A stretch of 64,000 nucleotides of DNA from Elusimicrobiota bacterium (GCA_027319565.1 DAHVNA010000005.1:548-64547); one strand, 5' to 3'; numbered from the stretch's first letter, positions 18,130 to 28,988 are shown. Numbers and translations are program-made. The notes: generated by a model from the letters alone, not told the origin.

Positions 18130-19657
18130 AGCCGCGCTTTTCTCCCTTGTGGGATTATCCCTATTTCCTATCAATGCGCGCGCTCAAATAAGCCCGCAAG
18201 TCATTCAAACGATTCAGGAAGAAAAAAGGCGCCTTGAATCAAATCCACAGCTCATCAAGGCCCTAGCCAAAAGAATCTCCGACTCATCCATTGGAAATAA
18301 AATTTCTCTCTCAAAAAATAGTCTTGAGAGAACCAAAGAAATAGAGGCTTGGCTGCTCAAAAATCCCGAAGCGGGGGCCATTATCGCCTTGGGCATGGCC
18401 GAAGACGACGCTAACGGAAACCATGCCTTTGAAAACAGGATGAGTCAACAACTCAGCCAATTTGAGCCCAATCCCGGAGCGGTCCACAATGCTTATTACC
18501 GGCTTAAACGAGCCAGCCGAACCGAACGATCGATGCTTTCCGATAAAACCATGACTAATGAAGAGAGAGTAGAAATACTCAACAATCTCTTTGAGGGCCG
18601 CGGAAGCGGCTCAAAGGCCATCATTCGCCGGATGCAAAAAAGTTCTTCCAGCCAATCTCCAGCCACGACTTTGACGGGAAACTTCTATAACCGATTGAGC
18701 GCGTCCAACCTCTCCGGTTATTCGCCTAATGTCGCGGCGCTGCAAAGTCAAATGGCCAGGGAAAACGTTCCCGGCGCTCCGCCCTTGGTGGTCACAGGAT
18801 ACCTTGATGGCAAAACCCTCTCTTATCCCGCCTACGCAATGAAATTCGATCTGTCCAATCTCAAATCGCGCCTCACCCAGGAAGAATCTTTGGCCTTGGC
18901 TAAAGAGCTCGGAATTTCCATTTCCGAACAACAAGCGAAAGACCCCGCCACGCTTTCATCGTTATTAGAAAAAGCTCAAAGAAAAGGGGTTTTGCTTCCA
19001 AAAGATTTCCAGATTCAAATGGAAACGCTTTCTCGCGCTCAAAAGGCTATCGAAGCCTTTGAAAAATTCGCGCAACAAGCTCAAAATCCTAAAAAAATTA
19101 CGTTAGGGTTTATCGCTCAATTAGGCAATCTCCAAAGAGAGGCTTCCCGATGGATCAACGCGGCTTTTCTGGAAGAAGAAATCAGCCGCGTGCTTAAAGA
19201 AGAGAAAAGTCTTTCTCCCCAACTTAAAGAAGCGATCGCCGCTTGCCCTGTCTCCGCTCAGGAAAAAGGAGAATATCTCCAGCGCGGGCAAAATTTTTTC
19301 GAGAAACTCAACGCCCTCAATTCAAGCGATTTCAAAGCCTTGACCGATCTTGTCAATCACTGGCCCCAAAAATCCAAGGAAGCCGATCATCTCATGCAAA
19401 AAAGCTCTCAAATGAGACCGCATCTTTTTACGGATGTTGAAGATTTTGTCGCCGTCCCTTATCGCCTCGCTTCCCTTTCTCAACCGGAACCGCGCTGGAA
19501 AAGCTGGGTCAACAAAATCGCCCGCAACTTCTTTTCATGGACCAGCTACGGCGAACAACTGAAAGCTTTGGATTCGCAAAGGAAAACCCTCAAAAATATT
19601 TTCTTAAGCATCGCTATCGGAGACCAAACCGCCGCACGCCGAATGCTCAACCCTTAG
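18083..19657 (+). CDS. Exported helical hypothetical protein (start uncertain)
   Basis: 524-aa ORF with a signal peptide ending ARA-Q. Confidence 0.7.
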   Translation: MGFSRNTKTATSASFKAALFSLVGLSLFPINARAQISPQVIQTIQEEKRRLESNPQLIKALAKRISDSSIGNKISLSKNSLERTKEIEAWLLKNPEAGAIIALGMAEDDANGNHAFENRMSQQLSQFEPNPGAVHNAYYRLKRASRTERSMLSDKTMTNEERVEILNNLFEGRGSGSKAIIRRMQKSSSSQSPATTLTGNFYNRLSASNLSGYSPNVAALQSQMARENVPGAPPLVVTGYLDGKTLSYPAYAMKFDLSNLKSRLTQEESLALAKELGISISEQQAKDPATLSSLLEKAQRKGVLLPKDFQIQMETLSRAQKAIEAFEKFAQQAQNPKKITLGFIAQLGNLQREASRWINAAFLEEEISRVLKEEKSLSPQLKEAIAACPVSAQEKGEYLQRGQNFFEKLNALNSSDFKALTDLVNHWPQKSKEADHLMQKSSQMRPHLFTDVEDFVAVPYRLASLSQPEPRWKSWVNKIARNFFSWTSYGEQLKALDSQRKTLKNIFLSIAIGDQTAARRMLNP

Positions 19658-19668
19658 GGCATTTCCTC

Positions 19669-20340
19669 TTATTTGCAAGTCCCGGTCGCGACGCAAGCTT
19701 GCGGAGTCAAATTAGTGCTTCCAACCGTTTGCGGCGAAGACCCCATTGAGCCCGCATTGGCGTTTGAATTAGGCTGGACATAGGTAGGATTGACTTTCTG
19801 CGCGTTTGCCGGGACATTAGGAATAACCACCGAAGATGGTTTCGGAGAGCTGGAAGAACGCGCCGGCGCGGAGCGCGCCGGAGGAGTATAAGCGGGAGCC
19901 GGAGAATAATACGTTCCCGTAGGCGAGCGGTCGCCTCCGTAGCCGCCGCTTCCCCCGTTCATGGCCGAAGGCAACCCGACTGGGATAACGGGATGATAAC
20001 CAGGAACAAAGGTTTTGGGAGACGAGGCGGGAGATATTTGAGGAAAAGACGGAACGACGGGCTTTGAATTTGAAGGCGAAGCCCCTTTCTGAGCTTGATT
20101 ATTATTGGAAGCCCCTGCGGCGGCGGGATTACTCAAAGTCGGCATCATCCCTTGCGCGCCTCCAGAAGCGCTCGCGCTGGGATTTCCAAAAGGAGTTCCC
20201 TGAAGTTGCGGGAACGAAGACGGCTGCCCATTATTGGAATTGTTATTGTTTGAAGCCGGAACAAAGGTCTGGGAATATCCCGACGAAGAAAAAAGCGCGA
20301 TAGTCCCCAAAATCAGCCAAATCTTCCTAGCGTTTTCCAT
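19669..20340 (-). CDS. Secreted low-complexity Pro/Ser/Asn-rich protein
   Basis: Signal peptide, disordered composition, C-terminal CVATGTC; GGAGG-like RBS. Confidence 0.7.
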   Translation of the reverse strand: MENARKIWLILGTIALFSSSGYSQTFVPASNNNNSNNGQPSSFPQLQGTPFGNPSASASGGAQGMMPTLSNPAAAGASNNNQAQKGASPSNSKPVVPSFPQISPASSPKTFVPGYHPVIPVGLPSAMNGGSGGYGGDRSPTGTYYSPAPAYTPPARSAPARSSSSPKPSSVVIPNVPANAQKVNPTYVQPNSNANAGSMGSSPQTVGSTNLTPQACVATGTCK

Positions 20341-20429
20341 TTCTGAACCCTCCCTATAAGTATAAACGCCTCAGCCGCTTTTTGCAAGCCCTTTCCCATT
20401 ATTGTAAGATAAAGAAAAAGGAGTCTCTC

Positions 20430-20891
20430 ATGGCTATCGAAGAAACACTCGTTTTAATTAAACCGGATGGCAACAAACGCCGTCTGACCGGGCTAGTCAT
20501 CGACCGCTTAGACGCCTCCGGTCTTGAGCTGGTGGCCGCTAAAATGGTCTCTGTCTCTGAATCCTTGGCCAAGGAACATTACGCCCTTCTCAGCGATAAG
20601 CCCTTTTTCCCCAATTTAATCCGCTATATCCGCGGAGAATTTCACGGATTTAAAGATCATCGCATTTTAGCCTTGGTCTACAGAGGAGAAAACGCGATTA
20701 AGAAAACCCGCGAAGTGACTGGCGCAACCAACCCCGAACAAGCCGCGCCCGGCACCATTCGAGGCTCTTTTGGCCGCATCACCACCGACGGTCAATTTGA
20801 AAATGTGATTCACGCCTCCGGAGACGCCGCCGACGCCGCAAGGGAAGTGGCGCTTTGGTTTAAGCCCGAGGAGATTTTACCGAGAGGATGA
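20430..20891 (+). CDS. ndk: Nucleoside diphosphate kinase
   Basis: TLVLIKPDG, GATNP, PGTIRG, NVIHAS; AAGGAG RBS before ATG at 20430. Confidence 0.97.
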   Translation: MAIEETLVLIKPDGNKRRLTGLVIDRLDASGLELVAAKMVSVSESLAKEHYALLSDKPFFPNLIRYIRGEFHGFKDHRILALVYRGENAIKKTREVTGATNPEQAAPGTIRGSFGRITTDGQFENVIHASGDAADAAREVALWFKPEEILPRG

Positions 20892-21772
20892 AGATGAAGG
20901 TCCTTTTGCTTTTGTTCGGCTTGTTGACAGGGCTTCTTTTTAGCCAGGTCGTCCAACCCGTTTCCGCCCAGTCTCCCATTGTTCCCGGCCTCGACGCTTC
21001 GTTTAAAACCTCGGACGGCTGGACTTTGGACGCTAAATATATGCCCGCCCAAAAAGATGAGAGAACCGTTCTGCTTATCCACGGACGGGGTCAAAGCAAA
21101 GAACATTGGATTTTACTTGCCGGCTATTTAAAAAACGCGGGACTGGGATATTTAGCGGTGGATTTAAGAGGCCATGGCGACAGTCTTTCGGGCCCGCAAG
21201 GAAACGAGTCTTGGCGCAAGTTTAGAGACACAAGAAGGGAAAATGATTTTGAGAATATGCGCTTTGACATCGACGCCGCGACCCAATATCTAAAGACTCA
21301 AGGAGTCGCTATTAGTTCTATCGCCATCGTCGGCGATGAAGTCGGGGGCAGTCTCGCCCTCAAATACGCGGCTATTCACCCAGAAATTCCAATGGTGGTT
21401 TTGATCTCTCCGGGCCTTAATTACGAAGAAGTTTTAACCGTCAATGCCATGAGGGCCTATAAAAACCGGCCGGCGCTTCTAATCTACGCGGAAAGCGACC
21501 GCAAATCTTCTCACGAGGCTCCGCTTTTATACCAATTCGCGCGCTTATCGGCGGGCGACCAAAATGCGAGTTTGATCTCAATTCCAAATCTCAATGGCCG
21601 CAAAATCGCCTTCTACCGCCCCCTCGCGCAACAAATAGCCGATTGGATCAAAAATCCCGTCAAGATAGCGCCGCCGCCGGCGGTTTCCACTTCTACCGTG
21701 ACATCGACCATGATCTCAACCCAGGCTTCGAGCGTGGCCTTGTCCACCGGACCGACAAACACAAACCCTTGA
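20888..21772 (+). CDS. Exported alpha/beta hydrolase-fold protein, possibly inactive
   Basis: LLIHG, DLRGHGDS; the nucleophile elbow reads GDEVGG rather than GxSxG. Confidence 0.8.
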   Translation: MKMKVLLLLFGLLTGLLFSQVVQPVSAQSPIVPGLDASFKTSDGWTLDAKYMPAQKDERTVLLIHGRGQSKEHWILLAGYLKNAGLGYLAVDLRGHGDSLSGPQGNESWRKFRDTRRENDFENMRFDIDAATQYLKTQGVAISSIAIVGDEVGGSLALKYAAIHPEIPMVVLISPGLNYEEVLTVNAMRAYKNRPALLIYAESDRKSSHEAPLLYQFARLSAGDQNASLISIPNLNGRKIAFYRPLAQQIADWIKNPVKIAPPPAVSTSTVTSTMISTQASSVALSTGPTNTNP

Positions 21773-22674
21773 GCTCTTTAGGCGCTCGATTTAAAATCTA
21801 TTCCCGCCTCCCGACGGAAAAAGCGCCGCCTTATTCCAATATAGACCGAATGAAGCCTTTGGAAATCGCGTCTTTAATGAATAGAGAAGATGAAAAAGTG
21901 GTCTATGCGGTGCGAAAAAAGCTTCGCCAAATTTCCAAAGCCGCGGAAATTCTTCGGCAATGCCTGGCGAAAAAAGGGAGAATCTTTTTATTCGGCGCGG
22001 GAACCAGCGGAAGGCTTGGGGTTTTAGAAGCGGCGGAATGTCCCCCCACTTTCGGAACGCCTCGGAGTTTAATCCAGGCCGTCATCGCGGGCGGGAAAAG
22101 CGCGGTCTTTGCCTCTCATGAGGGAGCCGAAGATCTTCCCATCAAACCCGCTCTCCAAAAGCTTCTAACTCCACGAGACGCCGTAATCGGAATTGCCGCC
22201 AGCGGACTGACGCCTTTTACCCGCTCGGCTCTTAAATTCGCGGGAAAACGCGGATGTCGGACTATTTTTTTAACCTGCAATCCCCAAGAGGGCCGCGAAT
22301 CCGTGGCCGAAGCCGTCATCGCGCTAGACGTGGGTCCGGAAATCATTGCGGGGTCCACCCGCCTTAAAGCCGGAACCGCGACCAAAATCGCTCTTAACAT
22401 GCTGACCACCATCGCGATGGTGGGACTTGGAAAAACATATGGCCCGTGGATGGTGGATTTAAAGCCAATCTCCCGCAAGCTTAAACTAAGAGCCGTTCGA
22501 ATCGTCTCGGAAATCACGCAAGCGCCTCCCGAGACCGCCGAGGAATTTTTAAACAAGGCTCGCGGAAACGCGAAACTGGCGATTTTAATGTTCAAAAAAA
22601 ATCTCAGTCTCTCCCAGGCACGGCGAAAGCTCAATGCCTCAGACGGGTTTTTGCGCCGCGCGCTTAAAAATTAA
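21769..22674 (+). CDS. murQ: N-acetylmuramic acid 6-phosphate etherase
   Basis: GAGTSGRLGVL, ECPPTFG, EGAED, GPEIIAGSTRLKAGTA; TTG start overlaps the upstream stop. Confidence 0.95.
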   Translation: MSSLGARFKIYSRLPTEKAPPYSNIDRMKPLEIASLMNREDEKVVYAVRKKLRQISKAAEILRQCLAKKGRIFLFGAGTSGRLGVLEAAECPPTFGTPRSLIQAVIAGGKSAVFASHEGAEDLPIKPALQKLLTPRDAVIGIAASGLTPFTRSALKFAGKRGCRTIFLTCNPQEGRESVAEAVIALDVGPEIIAGSTRLKAGTATKIALNMLTTIAMVGLGKTYGPWMVDLKPISRKLKLRAVRIVSEITQAPPETAEEFLNKARGNAKLAILMFKKNLSLSQARRKLNASDGFLRRALKN

Positions 22675-22946
22675 TTAGAAGGCGGCGGGGGCGCAACGAC
22701 AGGAGAAGAAACAGAATTTCCCTTTTTCCCCGAGAAATTCACTCGTGGCGCAAGGGGCACCGCGTGCTCTAAGGGCGGGTTTGAATTGTTTTGAAGCTTT
22801 GAAGTCATTTGAGCCGCGACAATTTTGCCAATTTCCCGTCCCATCGCTTCGCCTTCCCATCTCGGAATAGTGGGCAAGATAAACTTCTCAAAATAAATCC
22901 AACCCGCAACGGCGAGAACCAATAGAGGCAGAATATATTTTTTCAA
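22671..22946 (-). CDS. Small membrane-anchored hypothetical protein
   Basis: TTG start just after the rpoD stop: MKKYILPLLVLAVAGWIYF..., Pro-rich tail. Confidence 0.55.
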   Translation of the reverse strand: MKKYILPLLVLAVAGWIYFEKFILPTIPRWEGEAMGREIGKIVAAQMTSKLQNNSNPPLEHAVPLAPRVNFSGKKGNSVSSPVVAPPPPSN

Positions 22947-22950
22947 AGTC

Positions 22951-24666
22951 TCATTCCATGTAGTCTTTGAGGAGTTTACTCCGGGATGGATGTCGAAGCT
23001 TTCGGATCGCCTTGGCCTCGATCTGGCGGACCCGCTCCCGAGTGACGCGGAAAAGCCGTCCCACTTCTTCCAGAGTCCTAGGGTACCCGGTGTCAATTCC
23101 GAAGCGCAATTTGACGATTTTAGCTTCCCGGTCGCTCAAGGTCGCCAAGACCTGCTCGATTTCTTTTTTCCTGAGAAAAGAAGCCGCCGAGTAAGACGCG
23201 GGGTGGCTGCTTTTATCCTCTAAAAATTCTTCGAGATAAGAATCGTCCTCTTCTCCGACCGGAGTAGACAGTGAAACCGGCTCTTGCATAATCTTAAGGA
23301 CATTTTTAACCTTATCCATCGACAGATGCATGGATTTTGAATACTCTTCGACGGTGGGTTCCCGTCCATATTCCTGGCGATATTTCCTGGACACCTTGGT
23401 GAGCTTGGAAATTAACTCTTTCATATGAACCGGAATGCGGATGGTCCGCGCCTGATCGGCAATTGCGCGGTTAATGGATTGTCGAATCCACCAGGTCGCG
23501 TAAGTGGAAAATTTAAACCCGCGCTTATATTCAAATTTCTCGACCGCCTTCATCAGTCCCAAACCGCCTTCCTGGAACAAATCCGAAAGTTCAAGATTTG
23601 AGTTGACATGCTTTTTGGCGATGGAGACAACCAGCCTCAAGTTCGCCTTGATGAGCTTGAGTTTGTCGGTTAGAATCGTCTCTTCCAAGCGCACAATTTT
23701 ATCGTCTAATTCTAAAAACCTCTCCACCGGAATCGGAAGGGTATTTTGAATGCGCTGAAGCCTTTCAACCACCGCCCCCATATTTTCAAGAGCGGCTTCG
23801 ACCGCCGACGGAGCATAGCCGGTTTTGGCCTTAAACGCCGCTTCCGTCATCTTGCCGTTTTTAATCTGCTGGAAGTAATGCGTCAGTTCCTCATAACTAG
23901 CGCCGTATCTTTTTTTATAGCGCTCAATTTCATCATGGCACTCGCGAATCTTAGAGGCGAGATTTTTAACCTTGTTGGTCAAGCGCTTGATTTTATCCTG
24001 GTTCAGATCGAGGCTCAGGATTTTTTCAATGACCGCCTTATTTCTTTTCTCAATCGCCTTATTAATTTCGATGCGGTCTTTTTCCTTTAAATTCGGATTG
24101 TTGAGGCGAGAGCGCAAACCCGCCATCACTTTTTCCGATTCCGCGATAAAACGGGAAACGGTTTTCATTTTCTTTTTCATTCCGGCCAATTCCGAATCGG
24201 TCTTGCGTCCTCTCGGCATCAGTTCCTTGGGGGTCATCTCTTCTTGTTCGATTAAAGTTTCCCAACTGCGAATTTCGCGCATCGCCACCGGCGACTCCAA
24301 AACCAAAAGTCGCAGTTCCCGTTCTCTTTCCCGGACGTTTCTAGCCAAGGTCACTTCTTCTTCCCGGCTGAGAAGCGGCACTCTTCCCATTTCCGAGAGA
24401 TACATTCGAATCGAGTTCGACACGTCCGAAGAAGAGTTCCACTCTTCGCTAAAACGCTCTCGCTCGGGAGTCGAATCAGGCAGGGATTTTTTCTTGTCGA
24501 CGACCTCTATCCCCAAATCCTCCAAGGTCGACATCAAATCGTCGACTTCTTCCGAACTGATATTGGCGGGCCCCAAGGTCCTGTTGATTTCATCGAGCGT
24601 CAAATACCCGTGGTTTTTTCCCATCTCGATTAGATTTTTTACCGCCTGACTCGCATGAATGGCCAT
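22951..24666 (-). CDS. rpoD: RNA polymerase primary sigma factor
   Basis: Regions 1.1 and 1.2, [33 protein letters not shown]. Confidence 0.98.
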   Translation of the reverse strand: MAIHASQAVKNLIEMGKNHGYLTLDEINRTLGPANISSEEVDDLMSTLEDLGIEVVDKKKSLPDSTPERERFSEEWNSSSDVSNSIRMYLSEMGRVPLLSREEEVTLARNVRERERELRLLVLESPVAMREIRSWETLIEQEEMTPKELMPRGRKTDSELAGMKKKMKTVSRFIAESEKVMAGLRSRLNNPNLKEKDRIEINKAIEKRNKAVIEKILSLDLNQDKIKRLTNKVKNLASKIRECHDEIERYKKRYGASYEELTHYFQQIKNGKMTEAAFKAKTGYAPSAVEAALENMGAVVERLQRIQNTLPIPVERFLELDDKIVRLEETILTDKLKLIKANLRLVVSIAKKHVNSNLELSDLFQEGGLGLMKAVEKFEYKRGFKFSTYATWWIRQSINRAIADQARTIRIPVHMKELISKLTKVSRKYRQEYGREPTVEEYSKSMHLSMDKVKNVLKIMQEPVSLSTPVGEEDDSYLEEFLEDKSSHPASYSAASFLRKKEIEQVLATLSDREAKIVKLRFGIDTGYPRTLEEVGRLFRVTRERVRQIEAKAIRKLRHPSRSKLLKDYME

Positions 24667-24668
24667 AA

Positions 24669-26426
24669 TTACCTGCTCCCTTTTAGTTCACAAAGTACTT
24701 TCTGATATTCTAGTCTTAGATCCGGATGCAACTCGCCCTCTTGTTGGGAATGAATGCGCCCCTCAAGCTCCTGAAGCCTCTCTTCAAGGCGCCGGCGGGT
24801 AAAAATGCGGTTAAGTTCTTGCTGCGGGTCTTCCCCTTCCATGCTTTCCGCAATCATCAATAGTTCGGAAGCTAAAGGCTTTGCCGGCCCCGCGCTTTCC
24901 AGCAACCGCGCGGGCCAGCCCGGCAAATGCGGTTCCACCGCCAAAAGAGCCTGCCAGGTAGCCTGGGCATCCGGAGAACGAAAATGGGTCTCATCGGCAA
25001 TCGAAGCCAAGGACGGGTTTTTCATCATTAAACAAAGAACCTGCCGCTCAAAAGGGCTTGCCTCGACTTTGACCGGAGAGGTCTTCAACTCATCTCTTCC
25101 CCCATTGGGGTCATATGGCCGGCGAAAGCGAAATTTTTTATCCGCCTCTTTTTTAAATTCCATCCGCAAGGAATCTTCCGAAATTTGAAGCCTCTGGGAC
25201 AAGGACCTCAGCCAGTCGGAGCGCAAAACCTCATCCGATGTTTTTGAAATCAAGGCGAAAACTTCATGGGCGACTTCGGATTTTTTGGATGAAGTCAGAG
25301 GCCCCTTTTGTCCGGACAAAAGGATTTCGGTTTTAAAAGCCGCCGGGTCCAGGGCTTTGTCCAAAAGGGCCTTAAAAGCCGCGGCGCCTTTTTCAATGAG
25401 GATTTCATCGGGGTCCTTGTCTTCCGGCAAGACGGCGATGCGAACGTCAATATCCTCGGGAAGTAAAATCTCGGCTGAGCGCAAGGCCGCCGTTCGCCCC
25501 GCCGAGTCGGGATCAAAAGCGATGACCGTTTTGGCTCCGTAGCGCTTGATGGTTTTGGCGTGTTCGGAGGTGATCGCCGTTCCCAAGGGAGCGACGGCGG
25601 ATTCGATTCCATATTGATGCGCCATCAAGACGTCCAGGTAGCCTTCCATTAAAATTATTTCCCGATTTGAGCGAATAGAAGACAGGCCCTCAAAAACGCC
25701 ATAGAGAATGCGACTCTTGGAAAACAGAAGAGATTCCGCGGAGTTAAGATATTTGGGCTGGATTTCGGAATTCAAAACTCGTCCGCCAAAGCCGACGACT
25801 CCCCCCTTGGAATCCCGAATGGGAAAAAGAATCCGGCCGAAGAAAGAAGGCCTTAAGCGGCCATTGATTTTGACCGCGACCCCTGCGGAAAGAAGACGCG
25901 GCTCGGAAAACCCTTTTTTTCTTGCCGCCTCTAAAAAAATGTTGGAGTCAGGGACAAAGCCTAATTGAAAACGCTCCAGGGACTCCTTGGAAACCTTGCG
26001 ATTGGCCAGATACTTTCTGGCGGGCTCGGCGGCAGGCGAGCGGAGAAGCTCGCCGTGATAAAAAGAGGAAGCGAAATCAAGGATGGCCTTAAGCCCCATT
26101 TTTTCTTCGTAGTTTCGATCTTTCTTTTCCGATTGCACCAAGGGCACGCCGGTCTTAGCGGCCAATTTCTCCAGCGCCTCCGGAAAAGTTAAATTCTCGA
26201 CTTTCATTAAAAAAGAAAACGCATCCCCCCCTTCTCCGCAGCCAAAGCAGTGAAATGTCTGCCTTTCGGGGCTGACGATAAAAGAGGGGGTTTTTTCGTT
26301 GTGAAAAGGGCATAACCCCTTCAGATTCTTTCCGGAACGCTGAAGGTTTGGGACATAATCCGAGACAACGTCGGCAATATCCAACTTTAAACGAATTGCC
26401 TCAACTATATCGCCAGAAACACCCAC
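24669..26426 (-). CDS. dnaG: DNA primase
   Basis: [11 protein letters not shown]...HCFGC zinc finger, KYLNS, EGYLDV, DPD TOPRIM. Confidence 0.98.
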   Translation of the reverse strand: MGVSGDIVEAIRLKLDIADVVSDYVPNLQRSGKNLKGLCPFHNEKTPSFIVSPERQTFHCFGCGEGGDAFSFLMKVENLTFPEALEKLAAKTGVPLVQSEKKDRNYEEKMGLKAILDFASSFYHGELLRSPAAEPARKYLANRKVSKESLERFQLGFVPDSNIFLEAARKKGFSEPRLLSAGVAVKINGRLRPSFFGRILFPIRDSKGGVVGFGGRVLNSEIQPKYLNSAESLLFSKSRILYGVFEGLSSIRSNREIILMEGYLDVLMAHQYGIESAVAPLGTAITSEHAKTIKRYGAKTVIAFDPDSAGRTAALRSAEILLPEDIDVRIAVLPEDKDPDEILIEKGAAAFKALLDKALDPAAFKTEILLSGQKGPLTSSKKSEVAHEVFALISKTSDEVLRSDWLRSLSQRLQISEDSLRMEFKKEADKKFRFRRPYDPNGGRDELKTSPVKVEASPFERQVLCLMMKNPSLASIADETHFRSPDAQATWQALLAVEPHLPGWPARLLESAGPAKPLASELLMIAESMEGEDPQQELNRIFTRRRLEERLQELEGRIHSQQEGELHPDLRLEYQKVLCELKGSR

Positions 26427-26439
26427 TTTTCCCCCTGAC

Positions 26440-26637
26440 TTAAACAGTCTTTCGCCGTCTAGAACGCATCATCTTCCGTCTCGACTCCGCCGCCTTCATT
26501 TTCCGCTTTAAAGAAGGAGGGAGGTAGAATTCTCTGCGCTTAATCTCGCGAAGAACTCCGTTTTTTTCGCACTCGCGCTTAAAGCGCCGCAACGCATCGT
26601 CAACGCCTTCGCCTTCGCGTAATTTAACAAAAACCAT
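26440..26637 (-). CDS. rpsU: 30S ribosomal protein S21
   Basis: ALRRFKR...REFYLPPS; rpsU-dnaG-rpoD operon. Confidence 0.95.
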   Translation of the reverse strand: MVFVKLREGEGVDDALRRFKRECEKNGVLREIKRREFYLPPSLKRKMKAAESRRKMMRSRRRKTV

Positions 26638-26663
26638 GAATATTCACCTCCCTTTTCCCAAAA

Positions 26664-27002
26664 TCAACCCGGCGGCCATTGCATGGCCCTGCCGCCCATC
26701 AGATGATAATGCAAATGGTCCACGGTTTGCCCCGCCCCGACCCCGTTATTGGTCACGAGGCGAAACGAATCCAGGCCCAAGGACTCGGCGACACGCGCCG
26801 CCACTCTTTGCAAATGCCCCAGCAAAGCTCGGTCTCCATCGGTCGAAGCCGAAAGGCGCGCGATATGTTTTTTAGGAACGACTAAAACATGCGTCGGAGC
26901 CTTGGGATTAATATCTTTAAATACCAGGGCTTCTCCATCTTCAAAAATAAACTGCGAAGGAATTTCTTTCGCGGCTATCTTACAGAATAGGCAGGAACCC
27001 AT
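26664..27002 (-). CDS. hinT: Histidine triad nucleotide-binding protein
   Basis: CLFCKI, DINPKAPTH, GQTVDHLHYHL. Confidence 0.93.
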   Translation of the reverse strand: MGSCLFCKIAAKEIPSQFIFEDGEALVFKDINPKAPTHVLVVPKKHIARLSASTDGDRALLGHLQRVAARVAESLGLDSFRLVTNNGVGAGQTVDHLHYHLMGGRAMQWPPG

Positions 27003-27079
27003 TGATTATCTTTATTATTATAGCCTTTCCAAGTCTCTTGCCGCAAGGCTATCGACAACAACCCATTGGATTGAAATTT

Positions 27080-27457
27080 TTAACTTCCGGCATTTCCCAA
27101 CGATTTTCGCGCGCGCAAGCCCTTTCCATTGGCCCGGTACATAATAACATGAACTTTTTCGAGCGTCACAAGACCGTCTTGAACCATCGCGTCCAGATGC
27201 GGGAGAATTTTTTTTATCCTTTCTTCGCTGTCCACGATTTCGATGATGATGGGAAGATCCTCGGAGAGATCCAGGAACTTGGCCATATGGATATGGGCAT
27301 TGCAGCCAAAGCCGAGAAACCCCTTTAAAACGGTCGCCCCGGCCATTCCCATTTTTCGCGCCTGATTGACAATGGCCTCATGAAGCGGAAGCCCTTCCCA
27401 TTTGTCCTGTTCGCCGATGAAAATTCTCAGAAGCTTCTGCTCGCCTTCTAATTTCAT
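27080..27457 (-). CDS. DUF190 family protein (PII-like, crcB-associated)
   Basis: LLRIFIGE, AGATVLKG, LSEDLPIIIEIVD. Confidence 0.9.
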   Translation of the reverse strand: MKLEGEQKLLRIFIGEQDKWEGLPLHEAIVNQARKMGMAGATVLKGFLGFGCNAHIHMAKFLDLSEDLPIIIEIVDSEERIKKILPHLDAMVQDGLVTLEKVHVIMYRANGKGLRARKSLGNAGS

Positions 27458-27472
27458 AATTTCCCTCCGAAA

Positions 27473-27847
27473 CTAAGCCAGCGCGCCCAAATACGCGCCA
27501 ACCTTAAACAAAATAAATCCAAAAACGCCGCTCGCCAAAAAATTGAGAAGCGCTCGAATCATTTCCCCATCTTGGGCTAAATTGGCTGTTTCCAAGATGA
27601 GCGTGGAAAAAGTCGTGTAAGCTCCGCAAAATCCCGTCATCAAAAACAACCTGGCATCGGGACCGATTAAGAAACGAACTTCCGAAAAGCTGTAAAATAG
27701 GCCGATCAAAAAGCAGCCGGAAACGTTGACGATAAATGTCCCGTAGGGAAAATCGGCGCCCGTGAACCGGTAAATCCAACCCGCCAGGAGATAGCGAGAA
27801 AATCCTCCCAGGACGCTGCCGACGGCTAAGCCGATCCATTTATTCAT
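27473..27847 (-). CDS. crcB: Fluoride efflux channel CrcB/Fluc
   Basis: GGFSRY, FPYGTFIVN, TGFCGAYTTFST; start at ATG 27847. Confidence 0.96.
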   Translation of the reverse strand: MNKWIGLAVGSVLGGFSRYLLAGWIYRFTGADFPYGTFIVNVSGCFLIGLFYSFSEVRFLIGPDARLFLMTGFCGAYTTFSTLILETANLAQDGEMIRALLNFLASGVFGFILFKVGAYLGALA

Positions 27848-27880
27848 AAAAAAACTCCCATCGATAAAATCGATAGGAGT
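27848..27880 (-). terminator. Intrinsic terminator forming the riboswitch expression platform
   Basis: Minus strand: ACTCCTATCGAT-TTT-ATCGATGGGAGT followed by a T-tract. Confidence 0.8.
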
Positions 27881-27927
27881 CATCAGCCCCAAGCAAATCC
27901 GGAGCGGTTTAGGCGAACTCCATCGCC
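27874..27927 (-). ncRNA. Fluoride (crcB) riboswitch
   Basis: Minus strand GGCGATGGAGTTCGCCTAAACCGC...GCTGATGACTCCTA matches the fluoride riboswitch consensus, directly upstream of crcB. Confidence 0.93.
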
Positions 27928-27988
27928 TGTTTGTTCATTGTATCAAATTCAGCAAAATATAATTCCCTGAAAATTGGTCTCCTTAAAA

Positions 27989-28777
27989 TTATTGAAAGAG
28001 CCCGCACATCTTCGCGGCAAGGCCGTTAAAGGATTCCGCGCTGTCCTGAGAAACCCCAGAGGAAGCCGCAGTCTCCTGAAAAGACGCCAAGGTCTCATGA
28101 GAAGGGCGGAAATCTCCTCCGCAAACCGCTAGCAGATACCGAGTGATGATAAAAGCGCTGTCTTTTTTCTCTTGTTTGGACAAGACCGATATTTTATCGG
28201 CATCTCCCGTTCCCATTCCCTCGGAACCCACGCCATTGGGAATATAGAATTGGCGCGGCAACTCTTTTGTTGAAGGAAGAACGCTTAAAAAAAGAGAAGA
28301 GGCAAGCCTGTCGCGAACTTGTAGAGCCTGCGTTAAATCCAGCGAACGATAAACTCCGGCTTCTCGTCCGTCTCCGCTCCCAAACATCGCGATGGTCAAA
28401 AGTTTTAAGGCCCGCAAGCGCCTCACATATTTTCCGTAATCCTGCACAAACTGGTTTTGAAGGTTGAGGCACTCAAGACCCTTTTCGCTTGACACCTCGG
28501 GACTCGGATTAAAACACTGAGCCTTCCCATCTTTAAGCTCTTTAAAAATTTCAGCATGGCGTTTATTGAGATCGCCCAAAAACGCGTCCAATCGCGGAAT
28601 AAAAGAAGAGGCGTCGGCGTTTTGAAGATTCTTGGGAGAAGCGGTTTTTTGAAAATGCGCCGAGGTCTTAATTTCCCGCCAATTTTTCCACGCCTGGGAA
28701 AGTTCCTGGGAATACGCCGCCTGAACGGAAACAAAAACCGCCAGAAACGCCGCCATCGCCGCCGTTTTATTTTTCAT
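27989..28777 (-). CDS. Secreted hypothetical protein
   Basis: Signal peptide MKNKTAAMAAFLAVFVSVQAAYS; AGGAG RBS; four Cys. Confidence 0.7.
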   Translation of the reverse strand: MKNKTAAMAAFLAVFVSVQAAYSQELSQAWKNWREIKTSAHFQKTASPKNLQNADASSFIPRLDAFLGDLNKRHAEIFKELKDGKAQCFNPSPEVSSEKGLECLNLQNQFVQDYGKYVRRLRALKLLTIAMFGSGDGREAGVYRSLDLTQALQVRDRLASSLFLSVLPSTKELPRQFYIPNGVGSEGMGTGDADKISVLSKQEKKDSAFIITRYLLAVCGGDFRPSHETLASFQETAASSGVSQDSAESFNGLAAKMCGLFQ

Positions 28778-28821
28778 TTTTTCTCCTGATCCGACCTCAT
28801 CTCAAATGCCGGACACTCCTT

Positions 28822-28887
28822 AGTATAGCGTCCCTGCCTTTTTTACGCCTGGGCCAAAAGGCCCAGACAGGTTCCGGCAAAAGGCCC
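28822..28887 (-). promoter_or_regulatory. Tandem palindromic boxes plus -10 element upstream of the secreted protein gene
   Basis: Minus strand: GGGCCTTTTGCCGG (28887-28874), GGGCCTTTTGGCCC (28864-28851), 23 nt, TATACT (28827-28822). Confidence 0.6.
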
Positions 28888-28988
28888 AGGCCAAGGCCGC
28901 GATTTTGTCTTGACAGATTTGATGCGGTTTGAGAATTGAGCGGAAAGAATCTGCTATACTGCATGAAGTAAACACAAGGGGGCTTCCG

